From positions 33,922-97,921 of the forward strand of contig DATDWN010000010.1 in the NCBI GenBank assembly GCA_036517395.1: 64,000 bases of DNA. Direction: 5' to 3'. This DNA is from Minisyncoccota bacterium. Its GTDB lineage: Bacteria > Patescibacteriota > Minisyncoccia > Phycocordibacterales > DATDWN01. The position numbers and the translations under genes are program-made. Under the pieces are notes generated by a model. The model searched no databases. It had not been told where the DNA came from and worked only from the letters and a program-made list of their open reading frames with translations. This document shows, piece after piece, positions 55,701 to 64,000 of the stretch. The stretch's first letter is position 1. Every line of letters starts with the position of its first letter.

Positions 55701-56240
55701 TTAGATACTAGCTACTTTATGCTGTGTCTCCGGTATTATCTCCTCCACATATTTTGCTTTGTCTATGAAAAGCACTCCGTTCAAGTGGTCTATCTCATGC
55801 TGGAAAATCTGCGACATCAGTCCCGTGCCACCTCTTTCAAACTTTTTACCTTTTTCATCAAATGCTTCCACGGTGGCTTTCTTACCACGGCTGACCTGGC
55901 CATACAAATATCTCACAGACAAACAACCTTCCTCCACGACCATCTTTTCTTTTGATACTTTCTTTAATATCGGATTTATAAAAACCAGAGACTGAGTTGT
56001 AGTCTTATCCTCTTGCGTCAGGTTTTTAATGATATTTGGTACTCTTCCCGATACAACAAAAATGCGCAAGGGGTATCCAATCTGTGGCGCGGCTATGGCT
56101 ACCCCGTCATCTTGGGAAGCAAGGGACGATTTCATCTCCGCAATAATTTTCTGAATTTTTGGTGAAGTTATGTCTTTGACAGGAACATCTTGGCATATCT
56201 TGCGCAGTATGGGGGATTCCTTTTGAAGTATTTTTTTCAT
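55701..56240 (-). CDS. def: Peptide deformylase
   Basis: GVAIAAPQIG, EGCLSV and HEIDHLNG motifs. Confidence 0.9.
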   Translation of the reverse strand: MKKILQKESPILRKICQDVPVKDITSPKIQKIIAEMKSSLASQDDGVAIAAPQIGYPLRIFVVSGRVPNIIKNLTQEDKTTTQSLVFINPILKKVSKEKMVVEEGCLSVRYLYGQVSRGKKATVEAFDEKGKKFERGGTGLMSQIFQHEIDHLNGVLFIDKAKYVEEIIPETQHKVASI

Positions 56241-56368
56241 CCCGTTAGAGATAGGAAATCCCTCATACTCGAGGCATTTCCGTAGTTTATTTACATTAAT
56301 TAATTATAATCAATATTATTCTTACCATAAGTATATCAAAAAACAAAACTAACTGATCTCTAACGGGA

Positions 56369-58303
56369 TCATAACAAGGTTGCTGGGTCTATCTTGATCG
56401 TGTATTGAGGCGGGAGCTGGCGCAGCTTTGCGAGCAAAAGTTTATCAACCCATTTGCCCACTGGTAGGGAAATTAAACCATGTATTGTGCACTTACTTTT
56501 GCTCCCAGCAATGAAAGCCTCAAAAACTGTCACCTGGTATGGTTTCATAAACTCCAGTGTTTCCTCCATTTGTTTTTTTATGACATTTTTTTCGCCCTCT
56601 AGGGTTATTTTGATATATGTGGTAAATGGCGGGTATCCGATAGACTCTCGTTCTGCTATCTCATCGCGATAAAAATCAATCAAATTTCCACGCACAGCAT
56701 AGTCAAAGACTTTTGTATTTTCTTGCCGCGTCTGAAATAGTAGATTTTTCTCGGAGATAGCTCGTAGTCCCAGTAGAATATGAAATATTTTTTCGTTTAT
56801 TTGAAAATCAGGAATTGAAAAATATGAGTCAATAGAAACCACAGTGGTATTTTCCACTTTTTGGTTTAGATATGACAGAGCCATCTCTGTTCCGACCATT
56901 ATTCCACCAGCCGTAGCATAAAATGCATCACGGACTTTGACAGCTTGTTTGTGTGTGGATACATTGTCTTTGTCCATGACGAAAAGCATTTTTTTGTTTT
57001 CATTTTCTCCAAGAATTGACCTTACTTCCTCTGCCACTCTTTCAACGCCGATGCCAAGCGGATTTAACCTCCACCCCCCGCAGTGGATACACAACTCTAG
57101 GGCGTCGCGTCTTTCTCCACAATGATTGCAGACAAACAAATTTCCGGTACTTCGCGAAGTCTTTGTTGTTGGTGGTTTACCATATAGTACAACAGGTGCT
57201 TTACAATTTTTGCAAACCACAACCGTGCCACAATCACTACAGAGCGTTATAGGGTAAAGTCCTTTGCGACCGCAAAATAAAAATGTGTGCTCGTTATTTT
57301 CTCTTCCTTTTTTGATCAGGCTTACAAGTTTTTGATCAAATATTTTGAACTCCTTTTTCTTCATATCCTGTGGAGTCTTCATGTTTACTATCTGGCAGTT
57401 GGCCGTCGAGAGAGATCTAAATTTAAGAGGGGATAGTTCCGAGTACACGCCTGCTTTCTCACGCCATATTGTTTCTGTGCGCAAGAGTGTGTCGCCAAAA
57501 ACCAGTCGGATACCGAGCTCTCTTGCTACCATCTCCGCCACGCCACGAATATCTATGAAGGGTCTTGTTTGCATTTTGTAGCCTCTTGAACTTTCTTTGT
57601 CTATGATTATTGTGCCAAGATCACCACGTGGAAGAGATAAAAAAGAACCCGTGCCGATTATCAAAATAGGATGTTCCTCATTAATAGCCTCTTGCCATAT
57701 TTTTAATAATTCTTTTTTTGATACCGGGCGCGAAATTAGCACAGTATATTTTTCTATACCTTTTTCCAAAATAGTTTTGGCGTTCAGCATGTCTTCTGTT
57801 GTTGGTAAGCAGAAAAAAACGCTATGGTCTTTCGCGAACTCTTCACGTATCAGGCTCTTGTATGTGGCGTATCTTTCTTCGTCTTCGGATTGCAAGAGGA
57901 CGGTTTCATAAAACCTTCCAGAGGTTACCCCAGAGGTCTTGTCTGTGGGGTCGTAAGACAATTTATCGCTTCCTTCAAGGATTGCTTTTGGGATAAGAGC
58001 TGAGAGTACAGCCCCGACGCTTGCCGCGTTATAATCCGCTATCTTCTGCGCGGCTTCTATGAAGGCAGGTGAGAGAAATGTTCTAGCGGAAATCTTTTCT
58101 ACTTTTTTGATGCTATATGCCAGAGATTTCAATTCGGACTTTATTTCTTGAGCTATTCTACTTCCCGTTACCAATCCGTATGTAGTTTTGCTTCGTAATG
58201 GTACAGAAACGATAGAGCCCACCGGCACTTCTTTGTTCGTAAAATAAGTCAGCGTGTCCTTGGATATGCCTCGGCTTATAGGAATGACCGTAATAATGCG
58301 CAT
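56369..58303 (-). CDS. priA: Primosomal protein N' (replication restart helicase PriA)
   Basis: Zinc-binding CxxC arrays (CSDCG..CKNC..CNHCG..CIHCGG) inside a helicase core. Confidence 0.85.
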   Translation of the reverse strand: MRIITVIPISRGISKDTLTYFTNKEVPVGSIVSVPLRSKTTYGLVTGSRIAQEIKSELKSLAYSIKKVEKISARTFLSPAFIEAAQKIADYNAASVGAVLSALIPKAILEGSDKLSYDPTDKTSGVTSGRFYETVLLQSEDEERYATYKSLIREEFAKDHSVFFCLPTTEDMLNAKTILEKGIEKYTVLISRPVSKKELLKIWQEAINEEHPILIIGTGSFLSLPRGDLGTIIIDKESSRGYKMQTRPFIDIRGVAEMVARELGIRLVFGDTLLRTETIWREKAGVYSELSPLKFRSLSTANCQIVNMKTPQDMKKKEFKIFDQKLVSLIKKGRENNEHTFLFCGRKGLYPITLCSDCGTVVVCKNCKAPVVLYGKPPTTKTSRSTGNLFVCNHCGERRDALELCIHCGGWRLNPLGIGVERVAEEVRSILGENENKKMLFVMDKDNVSTHKQAVKVRDAFYATAGGIMVGTEMALSYLNQKVENTTVVSIDSYFSIPDFQINEKIFHILLGLRAISEKNLLFQTRQENTKVFDYAVRGNLIDFYRDEIAERESIGYPPFTTYIKITLEGEKNVIKKQMEETLEFMKPYQVTVFEAFIAGSKSKCTIHGLISLPVGKWVDKLLLAKLRQLPPQYTIKIDPATLL

Positions 58304-58384
58304 GGGGGTATTATAACAAAAAACATTGAATTAATTGTCTTAGAAGATCCTTATCAAATCATAAAATATAACATCAATTTTTTA

Positions 58385-59158
58385 TCAAATAATCACTTGT
58401 ATCAGGGTTTCTCCGTCCAAAACATAAATAAAACTAGGGTCGGTTTCTATGAAATGCGGGTCGGTGCCACGGAATATTGGTATGAAATTTTGGGTTCCGC
58501 TTTTGTCGGTTTCTATGACGAAGACAGAATTGCTCGTGGAGAAAATGATAGCGTCGGAGCGATCTTTATAAAAATAAATGTTTCTTATGGGTGTTTCTGA
58601 TTTTATTACTAAGGTCCCCCCTGGGTCTTTCCTAGGAGAATTTACCATGATTGCGTTGCTTCCAAGCCACAATGTTACTGAGCCGTCTTTGCTTGTACGA
58701 GGTGAATCTTTTGTGGGTGGTTTGTCTGCTGAGACTTGATTTCGCAGTTTCCAATATTCAGGATCGTTTTTTGTGATAATCTCACCTGAAACATTTTGAG
58801 TTACGAAAATAGGGAAGAGTGTCACGCTTCCCCCGCTCGACACAATAAAATCTTTTTTCCAAGGGAAGTATCCTTGACGAGAAACGATTATTGAATGTCT
58901 GGTTGGGGTCAGAGAAATTTTCACCACCTCATTGTCTTTTGTCGTTGTGATTTTTTGGTCGGTATCAACGAAAATATCAGTGTTTATTATTGGAATTTCA
59001 ATGGATACCGTGCCCAGTTTTCCTATTTTGAAATTATCCTCGATCCTGTATCCCATTTTGTAGCCAACAAAAACAGCAATCAAAATAATTGTTCCCGTTC
59101 CTGCAAAAACCCAATATTTTTTGTCCCTTCCCATATTTTTAGATTTATCATTATACAC
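58385..59158 (-). CDS. Hypothetical membrane-anchored protein
   Basis: N-terminal TM helix. 257 aa. Confidence 0.45.
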   Translation of the reverse strand: MYNDKSKNMGRDKKYWVFAGTGTIILIAVFVGYKMGYRIEDNFKIGKLGTVSIEIPIINTDIFVDTDQKITTTKDNEVVKISLTPTRHSIIVSRQGYFPWKKDFIVSSGGSVTLFPIFVTQNVSGEIITKNDPEYWKLRNQVSADKPPTKDSPRTSKDGSVTLWLGSNAIMVNSPRKDPGGTLVIKSETPIRNIYFYKDRSDAIIFSTSNSVFVIETDKSGTQNFIPIFRGTDPHFIETDPSFIYVLDGETLIQVII

Positions 59159-59190
59159 TTAACTTTAGCGGTCGCGAGAATTAAGTGTAT
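59155..59190. repeat. Imperfect palindrome acacttaactttagcggtcgcgagaattaagtgt, related to 21488..21523
   Basis: Shares cacttaactttagcgg.cgc and ttaagtg arms with the rpoD-downstream palindrome. Confidence 0.6.
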
Positions 59191-59216
59191 GTGTTTTTAA
59201 TTAGAAATTAGGAATT

Positions 59217-60251
59217 ATGTGTGATATTGTATCTCATATGTCATTTTTCTCAAAAAAACTTGGAATTGACCTCGGCACAGCCAATATTCTGGTCTTTGTT
59301 CCAGGGCGCGGTATCGTCCTAAACGAGCCTTCTGTTGTGGCTGTTTCCGAGGAGGACAACCGCATCGTGGCTATTGGCATAGAGGCCAAGGAAATGATTG
59401 GCCGTACGCCGGAGGCCATCATAGCTTACAGGCCGATGAAAGATGGCGTTATTGCGGACTACAGAGTGACGGAGGCCATGCTACGCCACTACATGGACAA
59501 AGCTCTGGGAAGATGGAACTTTGTAAAACCGGAGGTTCTGGTTTCTGTGCCGGCTGGTGTGACATCGACCGAGAGACGGGCTGTTATAGAAGCGGCTATT
59601 CGTGCTGGAGCAAAAAACGCATATGTGGTCAAAGAGCCGATACTTGCCGCTATTGGTGCGGGCATTCCGATACATCAAGCCATGGGACACATGATAGTTG
59701 ATATAGGTGGTGGAACGACGGACGTAGCAGTCATTTCTCTCGGTGGCATCGTGGCCTCGACTTCGGTCAAATGCGCCGGAAATAAAATTGACTATGCCAT
59801 CACGGACTACATAAAGAAAACATTTAACCTCGGCATTGGCGACAAAACCGCGGAAGATATAAAAATAAAAATCGGCTCAGCCATTCCCCTCGACGAAGAG
59901 CTTTCCATAATGATAAAAGGTCGCGATTTTGTTACGGGACTTCCGCGAAGCGTTGAAATAAAAACAAACGAAGTGGTAAAGGCTATAAGCAAGGACCTGC
60001 GCGAGATGATAAAAGCCATAAAAGATGTTTTGCAGGAAACGCCACCAGAGTTGTCGAGTGACATCATAGATCAGGGGATAATTATGACGGGAGGCACATC
60101 CCAGCTTCGAAACTTCCCCGAGCTTGTTTTTCGACGTACGGGAGTGAAAGCCGTTTTGGCCAAGGATCCGCTCTATTGTGTGGCAAAGGGAACGGGGATT
60201 GCCTTGGAGCATTTGGATGTGTACAAGAAATCGGTGATTAGTAAGCGATAA
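59217..60251 (+). CDS. mreB: Rod shape-determining protein MreB
   Basis: LGIDLGTANILV and actin-fold phosphate motifs (DIGGGTTD). The start may be the internal Met at 59241. Confidence 0.9.
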   Translation: MCDIVSHMSFFSKKLGIDLGTANILVFVPGRGIVLNEPSVVAVSEEDNRIVAIGIEAKEMIGRTPEAIIAYRPMKDGVIADYRVTEAMLRHYMDKALGRWNFVKPEVLVSVPAGVTSTERRAVIEAAIRAGAKNAYVVKEPILAAIGAGIPIHQAMGHMIVDIGGGTTDVAVISLGGIVASTSVKCAGNKIDYAITDYIKKTFNLGIGDKTAEDIKIKIGSAIPLDEELSIMIKGRDFVTGLPRSVEIKTNEVVKAISKDLREMIKAIKDVLQETPPELSSDIIDQGIIMTGGTSQLRNFPELVFRRTGVKAVLAKDPLYCVAKGTGIALEHLDVYKKSVISKR

Positions 60252-60318
60252 AACCCACTCATCATATTTCTCGCAAAACATGATGAGTGGGTTTTAAATT
60301 CTTTGATATAATACCTTC

Positions 60319-61005
60319 ATGCAAGAGCTTATTAATTCCTACAAACAATCGAAAAATCTTCATCATGCTTATTTTTTGGTGGGGGATGGAGAAAAAATCT
60401 TTTCGGAATTAAAGAATTTTTTGGAAAAAAGTGTTGGAATCAAAACTTCCGGTAATCCTGATTTTTGGCATGGGAGGTTTAATAGCTTGACCATTGACGA
60501 GGCGAGAGAGATAGCATTGGCTCAAGAGAGAAAATCTTTTGCGGAAGTCGGACTTCCGCAAAAAAAGATCTTCATTATCCAAGCGGACTTTATAAGTCAC
60601 GAAGCCCAGAATTCGCTTCTTAAAGTTTTTGAAGAGCCAACCGCTGGTACTCATTTTTTCATAATCTCTCCCCAAGATATTTTACTCCCCACCCTCCGCT
60701 CCCGAGTTCACACCATAAACATGGCAAGGACGCCCCTTGCCACTAGTATGTCAAGGACAGTCCTTGACATGAAACTAGCAGAGCGATTGGCAAAGGTTAA
60801 AGAGATTGCAGAAGCCATAGGTGATGAGGAGTCGACAAAACAAGATGCAATATCATTTCTAAACGAGGTTGAAAAAGAGTTGCATGAGGTTGGTGTGGAA
60901 AAATCTGCTAAATCACTAGAGGTCTGCCAACTCGCTCGGGCATCACTATATGACCGTGGTGCACCGGTAAAGATGATCCTGGAAAATGTTGTACTTAGTA
61001 TTTAA
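60319..61005 (+). CDS. holB: DNA polymerase III delta-prime-like subunit (degenerate; lacks P-loop)
   Basis: HHAYFLVG...IFIIQADFISHEAQNSLLKVFEEPTAGTHFFIIS...LLPTLRSRVH matches delta-prime sensor motifs. Confidence 0.55.
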   Translation: MQELINSYKQSKNLHHAYFLVGDGEKIFSELKNFLEKSVGIKTSGNPDFWHGRFNSLTIDEAREIALAQERKSFAEVGLPQKKIFIIQADFISHEAQNSLLKVFEEPTAGTHFFIISPQDILLPTLRSRVHTINMARTPLATSMSRTVLDMKLAERLAKVKEIAEAIGDEESTKQDAISFLNEVEKELHEVGVEKSAKSLEVCQLARASLYDRGAPVKMILENVVLSI

Positions 61006-61116
61006 TTTTCAATTATCAATTTTGCAATTTTCATTGAATTTTCAATGAATTAATTTTCAAACATTGAAACATTGAGAATTGACTGAAAATTGAGAACTAA
61101 AAATTGAAAATTTGGC
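61006..61116. repeat. AT-rich intergenic repeat family B, copy 2
   Basis: ttttcaattatcaattttgcaattt...gaaaattgagaactaaaaattgaaaattt. Confidence 0.7.
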
Positions 61117-61692
61117 ATGATATGTTATGCTGGTAATCAAATGGCTTACAATTTTTCTCAACTAAAACAAAGTATCGCTACAACCGAGGATTGGCTGAAA
61201 AAGGAGTTCTCTGGTATTCGCACAGGCAGAGCTAATCCGGCTATTCTCGATGGAGTCAAGGTGGAAAGTTATGGATCGTTCATGCCCATAAACCAACTGG
61301 CAAATGTTTCAGTTGCAGACGCGCGGATGCTGGTTATTTCTCCATGGGATTCTTCTCAGGTTAAAGCTATTGAGAAGGCCATAATAGATTCGGGACTCGG
61401 ACTTTCGGTCAACGTCGATGACAAAGGGATTCGAGTTATATTTCCGGAACTAACAAGCGACAGACGGGCTGGACTTTTGAAAATTGCCAAACAAAAACTA
61501 GAGGATGCGCGAGTTACTCTTCGCACAGAAAGGGAGAGGGTGATAAAAGATATAGATAAACAGGAAAAGGAGGGTGTGATGTCCGAGGATGAAAAGTTTC
61601 GCCTGAAAGCCGAACTGCAAAAGATGCTGGACGAATCAGGGAGAAATTTGGAAGGAATGTTTGGGAAGAAAGAAAGGGAGATATCTGAATAA
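61117..61692 (+). CDS. frr: Ribosome recycling factor
   Basis: IRTGRANPAILDGVKVE...VISPWD...SDRRAGL motifs. The start may be the Met at 61141. Confidence 0.9.
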   Translation: MICYAGNQMAYNFSQLKQSIATTEDWLKKEFSGIRTGRANPAILDGVKVESYGSFMPINQLANVSVADARMLVISPWDSSQVKAIEKAIIDSGLGLSVNVDDKGIRVIFPELTSDRRAGLLKIAKQKLEDARVTLRTERERVIKDIDKQEKEGVMSEDEKFRLKAELQKMLDESGRNLEGMFGKKEREISE

Positions 61693-61812
61693 TTTACAAT
61701 TTACAATTTTGCAATTTCCAATCAATTCTTAATGGTTCAATGGCCAATTTGAAAATTAATTCATTGAAAATTCAATGAAAATTGAGAACTGAAAATTGAA
61801 AATTTATTAACC
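61693..61812. repeat. AT-rich intergenic repeat family B, copy 3
   Basis: tttacaatttacaattttgcaattt...gaaaattgagaactgaaaattgaaaattt. Confidence 0.7.
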
Positions 61813-62913
61813 ATGTCCATTATCATATTTCTCATCATTCTCGCAATACTCGTTCTTGTTCACGAGCTCGGGCATTTTATTGTTGCCAAAAAATCAGGAA
61901 TAAGAGTCGATGAGTTTGGGTTGGGATTTCCTCCGCGGCTTCTGGCTAAAAAATGGGGAGAGACAACATACACACTGAACGCCATTCCTTTTGGTGGGTT
62001 TGTAAAAATATTTGGTGAGGACAGCCACACGGAGTCTATGTCGGAAGAAGATAAATCAACTAGCTTTTGTTATAAACCGAAATGGGTTCAAGCACTGGTT
62101 CTTGTAGCTGGAGTTACATTTAACATGATATTTGCTTGGCTTGTCATATCTCTCGGCTTTATGATTGGCCTTCCCACTCCCACTGACTATGCAGGTCTGG
62201 GGCAAGTTACAAATCCGCACCTAGTTGTGACAGAAGTCCTCATCAATTCTCCAGCTCAAAAAGCAGGGCTGGAATCAGGCGACAAAATATTGTCCTTATC
62301 CTCTGGTCACATTGTTTTGAAAGACGAAACTCTAACACCCGAAAATGTTCAGCACACTATATCTGAAAGCAAAGCAAAGAGCGTGGAAGTCACGTATAGC
62401 CGAGGTCAAAATCCTCTGGTCGTTGTTTCTATCACACCAAGTACTGATGTTGTCGCTGGCTCTAGAGTAATAGGAATAGCTATGGATATGATAGGCACTC
62501 TCAAACTTCCAATTCATTTGGCTTTGATTGAAGGAGCAAAAACCACATGGTATCTGACGGAGTCCACGCTTATTGGTCTAGGAGGATTTTTGTGGAATGT
62601 GGTGAAGTTTAAATCCGATTTTTCTCAAATCTCCGGTCCTGTGGGTATAGTCTCTGTTGTTTCTCAAGCCAATGCTCTAGGGTTTATATATCTTCTCTCT
62701 CTTATGGCTATCATTTCCATAAACCTCGCTATTATAAACCTCTTGCCTTTTCCCGCTTTGGATGGGGGAAGGCTTTTGTTTGTGGTGATTGAGGCGATTA
62801 TCCGCCGACCCATCTCTCCCAAGTTTGTCAGAATGACAAATACGGTCGGGTTTGCCCTTCTGATTGTTTTAATGATTATCGTAACTGGTCACGACATATT
62901 TAAACTCTTGTGA
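61813..62913 (+). CDS. rseP: RIP zinc metalloprotease RseP (site-2 protease)
   Basis: HELGHF (HExxH) in TM1, a PDZ domain, and an LPFPALDGGRLLF motif. Confidence 0.85.
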   Translation: MSIIIFLIILAILVLVHELGHFIVAKKSGIRVDEFGLGFPPRLLAKKWGETTYTLNAIPFGGFVKIFGEDSHTESMSEEDKSTSFCYKPKWVQALVLVAGVTFNMIFAWLVISLGFMIGLPTPTDYAGLGQVTNPHLVVTEVLINSPAQKAGLESGDKILSLSSGHIVLKDETLTPENVQHTISESKAKSVEVTYSRGQNPLVVVSITPSTDVVAGSRVIGIAMDMIGTLKLPIHLALIEGAKTTWYLTESTLIGLGGFLWNVVKFKSDFSQISGPVGIVSVVSQANALGFIYLLSLMAIISINLAIINLLPFPALDGGRLLFVVIEAIIRRPISPKFVRMTNTVGFALLIVLMIIVTGHDIFKLL

Positions 62914-62925
62914 TAAGATTTGAAC

Positions 62926-64000
62926 ATGCGTCAATCATTACTTTTTACAAAAACTAGAAAAGAAGCTCCAGCAGATGAGGTTTCCAAAAACGCACAGCTT
63001 CTTATCCGCGCTGGCTTCATCCACAAAGAAATGGCGGGAGTATATGATTACTTGCCTTTAGGTTTGCGAGTTATAAACAATTTGCGAAAAATAATAGGAG
63101 AAGAAATGGAAGCTATCGAAAGTCAAGAAGTGTCCCTCTCAACTCTTCAAGACCCAGAAATTTGGAAAGCAACCGACAGGTGGAGTGATGAAAAAGTGGA
63201 TGTTTGGTTCAAGACCAAACTGAAAAATGATACAGAGCTTGGGCTCGGCTGTACTCACGAAGAGCCAATGGTTCGAATGATGAAAGATCACGTGTCATCA
63301 TATCGTGATTTACCAAAATACACACACCAATTTCAGACAAAATTCAGAAATGAATTACGATCCAAATCCGGCATCATGCGCGGGAGGGAATTTCTTATGA
63401 AAGATATGTATTCTTTCAATAAAAGTCTGGAAGAGCTTGACGCTTTTTATGAAAAAGCTATTCAAGCTTACAGAAATGTTTACAACAGAGCGGGAATAGG
63501 CGACAGGACTTATCTGACTTTTGCATCGGGTGGTATGTTTTCCAAATTTAGCCACGAGTTTCAGACTGTTTGTGATGCTGGGGAAGACCACATATATATA
63601 GACAAAGAAAAAAACATGGCCGTGAACGATGAAGTCATGCAGGATGAGATTTTGCAGAGTTTGGATATTAAAAGAGAAAACCTTGTCGAAGCAAAATCGA
63701 TTGAAGTCGGAAATATTTTCAAATACGGAACGAGATATACGACAGAGCTGGGACTTAATTTCAAAGATGAAGAAGGCGACGAAAAAACGGTTGTGCTTGG
63801 AGCCTATGGCATAGGCCTTGGTAGACTTATGGGCACCATAGTTGAATTACTTTCCGATGATAAAGGCATAGTTTGGCCAAAAGGTGTCGCTCCTTTTTCC
63901 GTTCATCTTGTGCGACTTGGAGAAACTCCTGACGTAGTTTCTGCGGCGGATAAACTATATGAAGATTTGAAAAATAAAGGAGTTGAAGTTCTCTACGATG
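62926..64000 (+). CDS. proS: Proline--tRNA ligase (5' partial; continues beyond window)
   Basis: N-terminal class II ProRS pattern (LLIRAGFIHKEMAGVYDYLPLGLRV...FRNELRSKSGIMRGREFLMKDMYSF). No stop before position 64000. Confidence 0.8.
   Translation, partial: MRQSLLFTKTRKEAPADEVSKNAQLLIRAGFIHKEMAGVYDYLPLGLRVINNLRKIIGEEMEAIESQEVSLSTLQDPEIWKATDRWSDEKVDVWFKTKLKNDTELGLGCTHEEPMVRMMKDHVSSYRDLPKYTHQFQTKFRNELRSKSGIMRGREFLMKDMYSFNKSLEELDAFYEKAIQAYRNVYNRAGIGDRTYLTFASGGMFSKFSHEFQTVCDAGEDHIYIDKEKNMAVNDEVMQDEILQSLDIKRENLVEAKSIEVGNIFKYGTRYTTELGLNFKDEEGDEKTVVLGAYGIGLGRLMGTIVELLSDDKGIVWPKGVAPFSVHLVRLGETPDVVSAADKLYEDLKNKGVEVLYD

Noticed and set aside
1-64000. Alternative genetic code (UGA recoding, as in some CPR lineages)
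   Set aside because: TGA terminates conserved genes at the expected lengths (for example lexA). Long core genes are intact under code 11.
1-64000. CRISPR array
   Set aside because: The repeats found are palindromic MITE-like elements or AT-rich intergenic repeats with irregular spacing. No regularly spaced direct-repeat and spacer architecture is present, and there are no cas genes.

Overview
The window is 64 kb of an AT-rich (roughly 35-40% GC), gene-dense bacterial chromosome. Core genes are compact: rpoB is 1065 aa, rpoC 1225 aa, and the DNA polymerase III delta-prime has lost its P-loop. TGA is used as a normal stop codon. By inference this looks like a Candidate Phyla Radiation (Patescibacteria, Parcubacteria-like) genome, although no rRNA gene is present to confirm it. 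The conserved backbone comprises rpoB-rpoC, dnaG-rpoD, hisS, truB, typA/bipA, ndk, hpf, fmt-def-priA, mreB, holB-like, frr, rseP, proS (partial) and one tRNA-Asn(GUU). Several kinds of unusual material are interleaved with this backbone:
- A 770-aa protein that joins a PD-(D/E)xK-like N-terminus, a DUF2075-type P-loop ATPase and a C-terminal LexA/UmuD-like S24 self-cleaving domain. It sits next to a MazG-like NTP pyrophosphohydrolase.
- A bona fide lexA gene behind a perfect Cheo-type LexA box (GAACcagcGTTC) placed inside a TTGACA-17-TAAACT promoter. A 66-aa ORF precedes lexA, and a MazF/PemK-like toxin gene overlaps the lexA stop codon by 4 nt.
- Three families of MITE-like palindromic repeats, the main one with ATCCGCACAC(T/C)AAC(T/C)TTG termini. 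They are almost all inserted immediately upstream of start codons, often of secreted Fn3-repeat proteins.
- A mosaic of short GC-rich (about 55-62% GC) islands, each carrying one to four genes behind near-consensus sigma-70 promoters. One island holds two paralogous OMP-like beta-barrel proteins ending in Phe. Two GC-rich non-coding stretches (about 370 and 430 nt) lack credible ORFs and may be structured RNAs.
- Two ECF sigma factor paralogs, and a two-component locus (response regulator, histidine kinase, GC-rich insert, second histidine kinase, PAS protein).
No CRISPR array, rRNA gene, integrase or transposase is recognisable.
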